A stretch of DNA of 64,000 nt, from positions 406,527-470,526 of the forward strand of contig NMRA01000200.1 of the NCBI GenBank assembly GCA_002633005.1, read 5' to 3'. Source of the stretch: Phoronis australis. Taxonomy: Eukaryota; Animalia; Phoronida. Below the pieces are notes generated by a model. The model had not been told where the DNA came from. It did not search any database and saw nothing but the letters and a program-made list of their open reading frames with translations. Shown here piece after piece: positions 12,891 through 25,000 of this stretch; positions within the stretch are counted from its first letter, which is position 1, and each line of letters begins with the position of its first letter. The position numbers and the translations under genes are program-made.

Positions 12891-13495
12891 AGATTACCCA
12901 TGGATCCCGACTCGACTGTCGACTTCATGTACGGTGCTGCTACCTGTCGGAGATGAAATCCGCAAAGGCCAGGTGGTGCACATGTGCCACTTGTGATGAC
13001 TGAGTGGCTGTAATCGCGTATGCGTGAACATATATTTGGGCAATCAGGTGAAACTTTTGTTCAGTATAAGGAATTTTTGTAATTACTGGCCTTATGATCA
13101 TTCATTTTCTCCTTTACCGTAACTTGTGTCAAAGAATCGGAGGAATTTTTGATTGGTCAAAAATTATTGTTTGGTGAATAAGATCGCCGATATTTGAAAA
13201 AAGATTAGTTGAATTTTACGTAATCTTATTAATATATAATTTGGTTAAGTGCAGTGCAAATTTTTATCCACATGAACGTGATTATTTGAGTGAACTTGTC
13301 GAGTTTCTTCATGTATTCCAAGTTCACGCATATGCGATCTTGAGATTAAGCAAGATTACAAGTTCACGCACAGCAGTGCGACATTTCTCAGGTTTTATCT
13401 CAGTGGCGGATTTACGATTTTATCCGCGGGGCTAAGTTTCGTTGTATATCGACGGCAGGTTATGTATGCTGATGAGGGTTATTTAAACTCTGAAC

Positions 13496-13649
13496 CATAG
13501 GCGGATCCAGGGGCTTACGGGGGTCCGGACCCCCCTTTTTCCCTTAGTTTTAGTGATATCAAATCTAGAATTTTCAAATTATTGACTTGGACCCCTTTTA
13601 AAAAATCCTTGATCCGACCCCCTTTTAAAAAATCCTGGATCCACCCCTG
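13496..13649. mobile_element. MITE, CAGGGGCGGATCC-type TIR, 5-bp TSD
   Basis: cataggcggatccagg ... cctggatccacccctg, TGAAC on both sides. Confidence 0.8.
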
Positions 13650-14431
13650 TGAACCTGTTCATCTTCCACTGAATACTAAGATTCTCTGAATCTACAATAA
13701 GTGTGAGTTCCTACCCTCATTGAATATTTCAATAAGATTGGAAAATATTAAAAATGATAATAAGTAATGTTCTGGTGCTCTCATAATTGATTCAATCACA
13801 TACCACTGCACAGTACGTCCCCTGTGACAGATAAAAAACAAGTTATTCAGATAAAACTCAGTGCTCTCCGTGTCACAAAATGGATCCACATTGGCAGGAG
13901 GGCGTTGTCCAATTAACTCGTCCTGCGGGCACACTTTGTATGAAGTTTTCTAACATGATTTAAATTTTTGATGGTTGACAAAGGTTACAAGTCTTTGTTT
14001 TGTTTCTGCGATTTGAGTAAATTTTCTTTAGTATTCTTTACTAGTCAAAACTAGAGTTTTGTGATGTAGATCCCGAATTAACAAATCAACGAAGGGTCTA
14101 TTCGTCGAGCTAGCCCTCGAACAGCCCTCTGATTACGTGTTTATAGGTTACGGGTTTGCGTGGTACAGAAGACCTTTGGATATAAAACCATTCTGCAACT
14201 TTAATTCGATGAATGTAAACATCTTCTATTTTTTAGGAAAGTGTTTGAATAAGGTGAAATTATGACCTGAGTGTGTCAAAACTCTTAGTCCTAAGTGAAT
14301 ATGGATTGTCATAATGACGCGTCATCCGAAGCAAAGGTATGTACGTACGTACTTGGGGGAACACAGTGCACAGGGTCTTTGGCATTTTAGCACAAGTCCT
14401 CACCCAGATCAAAAGCACTTTTAGGCTATTC

Positions 14432-14512
14432 TCGCGTATAAGCCCACTTACTCGGGTATAAGCTCTCATACAATTTTTCTTTCGTAAGCCCACTTGCTCG
14501 AGTATAAGCTCG
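14432..14512. repeat. Cluster of CTCGAGTATAAGC-like motifs, probable Tigger/pogo-type MITE remnant
   Basis: Four degenerate copies of (ctcg)xgtataagc. Confidence 0.4.
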
Positions 14513-15992
14513 TCTAGGAAGATGAGCGCAAAGAACGTGTATGCATGAACGTTTTTAAAGCCCATGGACTTGTGCACAAATGTGGTATTATACGTATGCC
14601 CCATCAACCTTTGTACGTCATGTCCTCAATTTGCACGAAGGCCATGTACTGGAACGGATGCTCTAATTGCATTACAGTCTGGGGAAATTTGAGTTTCCAT
14701 AGATAACATTTAAGTTTTTTTTGAAGTGCAATATCCTGCTGTGAAAAAATCATTCCAATTAAATACGAAGTGAGTGAGATATGCAGGTTGCAGGCCTGAA
14801 TGTATTTTCAATGACATTTGAAATTGGTCATCTTCTACGATTTTGCTGGCTCGAAATTTTGCTCGCTACCGACCAAACATGCACAGACAATGGCTACCTA
14901 AAAGGACACATTTTCCTGATTTTGCCATGCGTCAGGAGATCACCAAGAATAGGTTATATTATTACGCGCCTCCATATGTACAAGGTTTATCGTATCACCA
15001 CGTCGCCTTGAAGACGGAAGCCTACTTGTTTTGGTTAATCCGTTATAAACGTTTTCTACTCATTATATTGAACATGAATTTTATTAGATATATATCAGTG
15101 GTCACGAATGACCTCATGATAACTTTTATATTTTCGTTTTAGCCAAATGTCGCACTCGCGGCTGACGTCGGACTCGGTCATTACAGTTGTTTTCAACGAG
15201 ATCACTACATTGTCTTTGTGTTACTCGCAATTTTATAATACCAAAACGTAATAAACGCAGTTTTTGTATAGATTTCTAATTTTTGTAATCGACATTTTCT
15301 AATATGATTAACTTCGTCTACATTTGGTTACTCCGCGGCACGACAGTTTCCGAGAGTTGACTGACGCCCGTTATTCAATGTCCCCGGCTACTGTGGTTCA
15401 CTCGAAATTAGTTAATTCATGGAAGGACCAAGGGCAGGCAGTTTCATCACGTTCTTTGAGCTATTACTCATGCCGACAAAAACAAATCGGCCGAAATTAA
15501 ATTAAATTATTGTCACTGACTGTAATTCCTGCGTCATGTTTCTTCAATGCTTGAGAAGTTTGATTGGCGTAACTTGTCCCTCATCCAACAACTGATAAAC
15601 CGGTCCAAAGTTATGAGAATTTTAAGGATTCTAATTAACAAAATCTCTGGTGTAATAGTCAGTTTATTCCTATGAAATGCCCCAAGGAATTGACTGGAGA
15701 GGGTCCGAGGCAACAAACTACCGAGAAACTTTTAGCGTCTGACCTTTGACACGCGGAAATTCTTAGCCTCGTTGTAGGCGTATTTATATTTGAGAGCACG
15801 CACTCGTGGGTTAGTTGAAAGACGACAACCAGTGTCGAAGGTTGTTTGAGGAAGAGTCTGAGATGATCTGATTGCGCGCCTAGTTGGATACAATTGAAAT
15901 AACTAAGATCGCCCGCGGGTCGATCTTTTAATTAATCTGTAGGCCATTTAATTTACTTTACTGGAAACATTGTTAGAAATTTTACGTGTAAA

Positions 15993-16084
15993 ATGAATGT
16001 CAACGTTCTATTTTATTCAACTTTAATATGTTTCGGAGCTTTTATGAAGTTTGCTGCATCACAGTTTGGTCTACAGGCAGGAAT
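15993..16084 (+). CDS. MEGF6: Exon 1: start codon and signal peptide [30 protein letters not shown](M)
   Basis: aaaATGa start, hydrophobic N-terminus, donor AT|GTAAGT (phase 2) joins exon 2 to give LQAGMPNVC. Confidence 0.85.
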
Positions 16085-19000
16085 GTAAGTACATTTAATA
16101 ACATTGTTTAGTCTCTGGTTCATCAACTCTCGTTGCTTACGATACGTCTGATACATTATTTGTTCTTCAGGATCACTTACCTGACGAACTGATGGCAAGT
16201 CATCTGCAGTATTACGTAACATGCTTTAATACTGTGTGTATTTTCAAGCTGACTGTTAACACTTTCGTGATAAGTTTAAGTGCTTCAATTACAAAACCAT
16301 TACTCTCATCGACCTCTGGCTGAACAGGCATTTCTTACAGTCAAAGAATGTTGTAAATATGATACCTTTTTATTCACCCTGTTCACGACTTGTTTATTGA
16401 AATGAACTGGGCTGATACTGGCAGGCCCCTTCACTGAATTTGCGTAGTAAACTTGTGTGAACAATTAGGAACACTAGAGTTTATTGACTGAAGTGTTACT
16501 GAAATAACATACAGAAAAACAAAAATTGAGAACCGCACTGTAACAAGATTTGACAAAACATCTTGGGGGTTTCAAGACATTGATGACAAATTTATCACAT
16601 TTATTTATATTACAATTTACAATACTTTACTAATTGTAAATAATTGAAAAACGAGGTTATGAAAATAAGATATACTACTGGAATCAAGTTGGCCTTTGCG
16701 CAAAAGTAAATAGGTAACACAATGCAAAAAAGGTTGATCTTTTTGAACTCGGGATGTACCAGCGAACTGTGAATGTGACAAAGACTCAGCTTGAACAAAA
16801 CAGGCCTAGTTGAGTAGCTTTCAAGTGTTTGTCATACATTTGTGTTATATTGTTTGTTCAATATTTCACAAGTTGTATTGCTTGTATTGCAAATAATAAT
16901 CACTCACCAAGAGTCTCAGGTAAATAATACATGTGCTGAAATGAATTCCAAGTGGCTATTTCATTTACATATTGAGCAGTCTGTGTTTGGTCTGTCATTA
17001 AAGGACCTATTTCATTGACAAACGCAAGCAAAATTAGCAAAATTCTGTCAGTGGATTATATGTTTCAAAGAGTTTCTGGCCTTTAATCAATATTTTTATC
17101 TCAAGAAACAAGTCTCTTGAATGAACTTGTATGAAACGACCCAGACATTTAGGACTTATTCAAATTTATTTTTTAAATGAGCAATGGGAATGTTCTGTTT
17201 CCTATTCTGACAATGTTGTTCAGTAAATATCATGTGAGAGGGAGAGCGTATCTGTGTTGTTTGGTGTGTTACCTTGTGAAATATTGCATTCTTTAGAAAG
17301 TTCATACAGCCTACTGGTTGTTAAATGATCTATAGGTTCTTCTAATGTTGTTTCATTCAATATTAGTTTATTGTTGTTGACTAGAGAAGCTGGTCTCAAT
17401 AAAACTCTCGTTAAACTTAACTTTATGTAATCAGATTTGAAATGAAGACCTGCTGAAGTGTTTCTTGTGGGAAAAGCAGTGTTTACTGAGTGATTTGTAG
17501 TGACAAGATTTTCCCATTTACCCTGTTTAAAACGTAATGTTTGTTAAAACTCAATGTGCCAGCACAGGGCTTCTGTCTGTGGTTCAGAATTCACTTCTTT
17601 TGTATTTCTCTGATTTTAAAGATTATTCACCTGTTTGAAGTTTGACTAAAGCAATTTGTATTTAAGATCAAATGTCTATAGTTCAGGCTTGAATTTTGTG
17701 GAGTTGTGTATCAAAAGGAATTTGATATAAAGAAAATGCTTCTATAATACATATCAGATCAGATCATTATTAATTCATATGAAAAACACTGTTCAAGACT
17801 TGCATCATGGTGAACTCCAAACAGTTGTATTAAATTCACGAATCCCTATAACAGCCAAGATAAATATCTTACTCACTGTTTCTTATATTTTTTTCACAGG
17901 CCCAATGTGTGCCCGTATCAAGATGTGGAAATGGTTAGCGCTGATAAACCATGTCGCCGGGCGTATACACGAATGGTGAAAGTGTGGAGACCCAACTGTG
18001 GTTATATGGGCAACTGGTGTGTGGGATATGAGCGCAGGTAAACAAACACAAAGTGTAACACAAAATAGTGTGTGGGCAATGAGCCCAGGTAAACACAAGG
18101 TGTAACGCAAACTGACGGGGAAAGTAATTAATTTGAAGCAAGTGCTCTGATCCTGAAATGTCCGATGTTGAATTTGTGACATGGTTTTGAGGCTATTGGA
18201 ATGTGGCATAAATGTTCTGTCCTGTCCACTATTACAGTTATTAGTGTTTATTTCTAATTAGAGTGACTAGCCCCACAGGAGTTCAGGTGTTTATTAAGCC
18301 AATTGAAAGATTGTCACACCTGCTGGTTTTAATCAGAAGTGACAGCCTTGTGGAATGAGTGAGAGTCAAGTGATGAAAAAAAAAAAATTATTTTTCAACT
18401 TGAGGTTACTTACAGAATCCAGCTTTATAGTATTTCCATTTCTGGATTGGTGATCAGATGGAAATATAAGGATTGACTAAGTGTTCAAAAATGCTGCATA
18501 TCTATGGTTACTATGGTTTGGTGAATATAATAGTCATTTTTTGTGAAATAATTTTTGTTATCAAAAAGGGAATTTCTTTGAGTAGAATTTTCCAGTGAGT
18601 GCACATAATTGGATTGCGTGTTTTTATACGCAATAACATTAAGTTAAATTGTAATGCACATGAAAGACAATCGATCACTAATTATTATCTGTGATATTCC
18701 TGTGTTATGTGAGTACTCATAAGAACTCTGCTCAAGTTATCGGCCAGAACAAGTTGGTTACAAAAGTGTCAGTGTGATCCTAGCCTTGATTTCTAGCTGA
18801 CTTGTGGACACATCTTAACCAGTCATCTTGAATTACCCACCATAATGCCCTTTTTGTGAATTCGCTGAGGCAAATGTCAATTGTTAGTTTTAATCAGGAC
18901 ATTATTGCTAAGCAAACTTCATGGAGCTAGCTGTTGTCCGGAGCGAGGTTGCTGATCTCTGTGTTTTTGATGTGTGATTATCTGAACTAGAAAAAAACGT

Positions 19001-22000
19001 GCTCTCTATTGGCAACACGCCTGCCAGCGGTGGCCCAGTCTGGTTTTCATTATTTCAGGCAGGAAAGTGTTATCTTCCACCATTCATGAGGATGGCATGG
19101 ACATTGGGAACAAGCCCAAGAATTTTATTCAAGATGCTTAGTTATGCTTGCCTATACTCGAATATTTTTCTGTGAAAAGATTTAAAGGAGAATGCCACCC
19201 CAAAAAACAACCTATTTTGTATCAGTTTAGATCCAGTAGTTCCACTCGATAACAGCATGTACAGCTCTTTTACCTGACACCTGATGGCAGACGGAGGTGT
19301 TGAAATTAACCAATGACGTCAGAGGTTCGAATGCAGTCTGTTCAGCACTTAACACTCTTACTGGTGTCAGGTTATCGCTTGAATTCATCGTTTTACTCCA
19401 ATAAATCATTAAAATTACAAATACATTGAGTTATTGAACAAACGTGTTACTGTATTTTGCTGTTACGGATTTTTAGGTATTTTAAGGTATCATAGCCTAC
19501 AAAGTTCAGTAAGCCAATTTACCAAGGTTAGTCGCGGGTGTTTGGGGGTAAATAAAAAAAATTCAAATTATTCATCCGTGAAATACAGACAGGAGAACAT
19601 AGTTGTGTGCTGTAATTTTAGACTTGCGATTTTTTTCAATTCTAAACACACAAAACGCTTGCTATCCAGGCCACTGGCTCGGAACCCAATCAGGCCCATC
19701 GCAGCCGGACTGAAGACACCACGAACATAAACCAGCCAAATTTGGAAACTAAGCTTCCAGTCATGTAAAGACTATACTATTGAGCCAAAGAAAAAATGTG
19801 CGCATGATTATTTTGTGAATTAGCTGCGAAACTGCTAATCTACTTACTACCTCTTTGGGGGCGGCGAAGTCGGGTTACTGGTCCACAGAGCTGTCAAGTC
19901 AAAAGTTGTACAGTAACAATGATTCGAATAATGTATAAGAATATCTAAATAAAGATTCCCCTAACATCTGACCACAGGATATAAAATCAACTTTCTGTCA
20001 GCAAACACTGAATTAGCGATGTGCTTGCACGGCATCGGTGCCAGGTCAATTCTGTAGTTTATTGCATCTTAAGCCGGTAACGCAATGATTTATTCATTGC
20101 TCACTTCTCGAAACATTTGCACTCACGAATGCTCCAAGGCATCACAAATTGTATCTGAGACAGACTTTTTCGGTTTTACATAACCATTTGTTAGGGTGAG
20201 AATAATTCATGTAACAGAGCAAGTCTCCACTGAACCTCAAAATATGTATTTTCTCTCATCAGGCATTCGTTTCAGTTCAATTTGCACATGATAACATCAA
20301 CTTTCCATGAAAGCAAAAGAAGGAAACACCCTTCTCCTAAGCCAGTCGCTAGCGAAGTGCCCGACACATACAGTCGCGCCCACATGCCCACGTAACAAAG
20401 GCGAACTGAGACGCAACAAAGACATTAGCATAAGAATAAGTGAACATTTGCAACTAAATAAGAATAACAATAAGCGTAAAGTTACGAACGTCCCGTCACA
20501 TTCATATTGTAACAGAAGGCACAATATTAAATGGGCTCTCGAGGAAATCGAAGAAACGACATACCCGCTTTCCTCGCTGCTTCATAGTTCGCACAAGCGG
20601 GAACGATACACCACACCATAGCGGCACTCACTCTGTAGAAGAACCACTGACGTCGCTGCGTTGTTTCTCACCTTCCTCACAGGTTACCGCGACACCTCTC
20701 GGCGAGGTAAGATCGACCGTATACAAGGTGATGTGGATATAGACCGACGGTAAAAAAGACTAATTAAATCGGGTGGCATTCTCCTATAATGTGTGTCAGA
20801 TTATTAAGGTGTGTTGCTCTTTTCAATATAAACTCTTGCGGGTCATTGTTTTGTCTTTCCATGCTGGAAACTTGGAAGTACCTAGAGCAAATTGACCTAT
20901 CGCAAGCTCCGCCCCCTTGCGTAATGTTGACTAACAAACAAAAAGTTTTACCTGGCAACATGTTGTTTGTCAGGTAAAATGGCGGCTTGGAAACAAAGGT
21001 GTGTCAATAATCATGCGTTCTAAATGGTCAGTTAAGCCGTCACTCAAAATCCTGGCGATAGGTCAATTGCTGGCTTTCTTAAAACTGGTGGATTTGTGCT
21101 AGTAGATTTCAGGAATTTGGTGGTTTGTATAGTCATGCATTTCACTAGTACTTACTATTTGCACTTTTATTGGTGTGGGTCTCTTCAATGAAATCTGTCT
21201 GTGATCTTCATAATTATGGTGAAATCTCACCAATTTAAAATAACAAGTAAAAATAGTTGACAAAATTGACCAAAAACTTGCCCAAACCTGTTCAAAAGTT
21301 TGTCGGCTGGTAGCTGTGGTACAAAACAACCCTATTTACACCACAAAGTACAGAGGTTTGGAGTCAATGCAAAATGACTTTGGAGAGATATTATCATCTA
21401 GGAAGCTTGTTATGTCCACCAGCCTATGTTAATGAGTCACACAGTGCAGAGTGTAGGTGCCACCTACATTCCTTGCACAGTAGACAGTGACCCATCCCTC
21501 ACAGTGTTCCCCAACTTCCCCTATTGTCTGACTGATAACTGATGAGGTCTTGTTATACCATACCTCTCAGCAGGGTACCAATGAATCATCACACTTCAAT
21601 GTAAACCTCCTCAACATACTGCTATGTCTTCCAACCAGGTTTGTTCACTTCCCTGGTTTTTGGTTATGTAGGGCCCCAGAAAAACATTGGAAGTGTTTAG
21701 TATCATATCTCAGGCATGGGTGTTTGAATTCATGTGACACTTTCAGATACAATACTTTGTGCACTGTTTTACAAAATGCTCTTAGGAATTATTTTTAAAG
21801 TGTTCCTTTTATGCATGAATGTGTATCAAAATTAGGACTTTTATGATTTTTATGGAAAAGGTCAAAAGTTGTATAAACTAAAACGAAATGATTATTTAGA
21901 AAACTGTATCAGCGTTTTTAAAATTTCATCTTGAACATTTTTATCAAATCTCTCTTTATGTTACTGATACTGTTGTTTTGCTAACAATGTACCTTTTTTT

Positions 22001-25000
22001 TGGCTAAATTTTACTGAAAAGTCATGGTCACATCACCCAATCAGTGCCAGCTTGATCAAAAGTCAAGAATCAAGTAAATTCTGCAGGCTTCAATTCTGCT
22101 TTCATAAAATATATACTTTTATTGCTTTGAATTCTATAGTTTTGTAGATTCTTGTCGATAAGGAAGTACATAACCTTAACAAGTATTCCACTTTGTGGTA
22201 GCTCATGTCTTCAGCTGTGTATCATATAATTTACCTTGTCACGTTTAGTCAAATGGTTCCAACACTTTGCTTTCAGAACATTTTACTACACTACATACAA
22301 ACGGGTTCAGCAGCCCCGATACACCACAAAGTATAAGTGTTGCAATGGTTGGAGTCAGATGCAAAATGACGGAGTTCCTGGTAGTCAAGGGGGCTGTCTA
22401 CAGAGTAAGTATGTCAAACTCACCATTGACAGGTTCTAACACTTTCATTCAGATAGCAACATAGCAAGATGTGCAGTACAAAAAGTCTCCTGCTGTTTTG
22501 CTCAAAAGGATTTCCAAACTTTTCACTTTTCATTTTTCCAGTAGCTGCCTCCCAGGTTTCTGGTAATCAAAATTTTACTAAGTATTGTTTTGTGGCAGCT
22601 TATGTATATATGCACGGATTTGATGTTATGCGTTTGTCCAAAGAAAATTGTTGGTGAAATGGTCCACACATAGGCAGAAGAACCTAAGTTTTGCCTACAA
22701 TAGCAGGTGGCTCTCCTGTGTGCTGTGTGTATGCATGTATTCAAAACATAGTATTTTTCTATTCTTATAGTACGTTTCATTTAAATAATAAGGAATAAAT
22801 TGAGTATACTAGCAACGCGTGCCATTTTATAATGGATAAGTCAAGTTGACTCGCCTATTAATATTGCAAAAATTTGCTTGTTAGTTTTATTCAAGTGATT
22901 TACATATAGGCACTTGTGCCTAGTGCTAGATGTAGGAGCAGTATCATGTATAGGTCTCCACGCCTAAGTACACGCATATAAGGTATGAAGAATAAATCGT
23001 GCTTGAATCGAGCAGTGTTTCGAAATGTCAAAAAATTTTATGCAACAAAATCCTTTTTTCTGTTGTATCTTGGACTAAGTAGGAAAGGTATTTGTATAGT
23101 GTTGCTTTAACCTAAATCTCATTCTCTGACATAGGGAAGCATATTTACTGTCAGACGGTAGCCTTCACCCCCCAACTGTTAATTCAAACCACTACCTTGG
23201 CTGAAACCTTATACACAGGTAGAATATCATCTGCAAATTGAGGTATCCTGAAAACTGCAGTGATGTATTTCTGAAGATCTTTTAGTTAAGCTATGCTTTT
23301 TCTTAGGATGCTGTTGTTGATATCCAGTTTTCTAACCGCCTGACCTGTACAACAGAGGTTGACGACTCCGTCACCAAAGCCCATGATATCCTCTTACTTT
23401 ACATGTATAAAAACATCAGCGGCAGAAAAAATTTCCTTCCTTTAGTGACTTCCTGTCTGAGTCATTTATTTACACAGCAGCAGCATTCAACAAGTAGCTG
23501 GTGTAATGGACTGGCAAATTCCTTTGTTAATAGGAAGCTTAATAGGAAACTCCTTTAATAATTAAGTGTGAACCTGTAATGTAACCCTGTTGAAGTTTTT
23601 GCATGTTGTCGAAAGTTTAGGTGTACAGTTAAGCATACACAACAACAAAAATTAATTTAAGTGATACAAGATTTCAAAGAATTCTTATCATTTTCTCATG
23701 GTTAAGTGAAGTATTTGTTGTTGAAATTAATTTTAAATTACATTTATTTCTCAGTGATTTATAAAGGTTGTCTACCTGTCCATCATAAGAGTGCCATCTG
23801 AGTGATGAATGACTAGCGCATAATTGAAGTCTTCTTTCCATCACTCCCCTGATGCAACCCTTGTAAACGTTCAATTAAATCAGTTGGAATCAAACTCCCC
23901 TACCTGGCCTGTTTATTTGTTAGTCTATGTGTAAGTCAACAGTATGTTGATATATCTTGTTAAAACCAGACATTCTTTGATATCAAATGACCCCCGCCTG
24001 CAGGCATTTCTGACTTTTGTGTTCAAGCTGAACAATAGAGGGGTGGCCCAGTGCCAGAGGTGTCCCAATCTAGTGCTATGAGATGGTTTTGATTGGCATA
24101 ATTTCATTCAGCTGACTGGTGCCAGTGAGGATGGTTCAACCAGGAATTTTACAATGAAAGCTTTGGAGAGGACTCCTAGCTGACAACTCTCTCAAAATCT
24201 GACATGTTTGGCTGGTGTTGTGCAGAATATGTAAATGCCTTTAATAAAACTCATTTTCTATTTAGAAGATTTCCAGGATCGTTTGTGCGTAGTTCGTACT
24301 TTTTGTAGCCTTTCTAGTCGTCTGGGCTATATTAACTCAATCATGTCCCAAACCACTGTTTTGTAACCCTGGAAACCTTTTTGTTTATGTTTTTATTTGC
24401 CTTGAGAGGCTATTGTGACAGCCTTGTGTGATTCATTAACATTTTTGATTAATTAACATTTTGTGAGTTTCTTTCAAGTGGGCTAACTATGCCCCAACCA
24501 TGAAATATCTTCTAGAGCTTTATTGGTAACAGTGTTCTGTATTGTTATGTGAGCCAGTCACATGGTACTGTGATGTAGATCCATAGAGCAGAGGTTATTC
24601 ACCATCATGGAATACTTGCAATCTATTTGCTGTTGCTATTAGGCGGAATTGTTCAACACTATTACCTCTTACTGTCAACATTTACTGACCCTTTTGTTAA
24701 CTTACCAGTTAAATATGCTACACTGTTTGTTTGTATCAGTACAGTCATGGACATGTAATACAAGTCCATGGTACAGCTTTAAGTATTGGCAAGCCTTTCA
24801 TTAAAGCTATCTCCATAACCTTTATTCAGGACATGCGTTACCAAATTGGGCTCCATCTCATACACAGTGTATTGTCACCCATATTATATCCAGTGAGTTT
24901 TAAGTGCCGTTTACACTACACAAGGTGACACCGATCAGCTGACACGGAACGAGATGTTTTAGCGCAAGTATGTATTTAAACAAGACTGACCTGTAGCAAA

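Noticed and set aside
14781-15142. ORFs as candidate first exon of MEGF6
   Set aside because: No signal peptide or phase-compatible donor; 15993-16084 fits far better.
20880-21000. GC-box and AAAATGGCG (YY1-like) motifs suggesting an internal promoter; similar motifs near 60-90 and 10540-10570
   Set aside because: Short motifs in TE-rich sequence with no associated exon identified.
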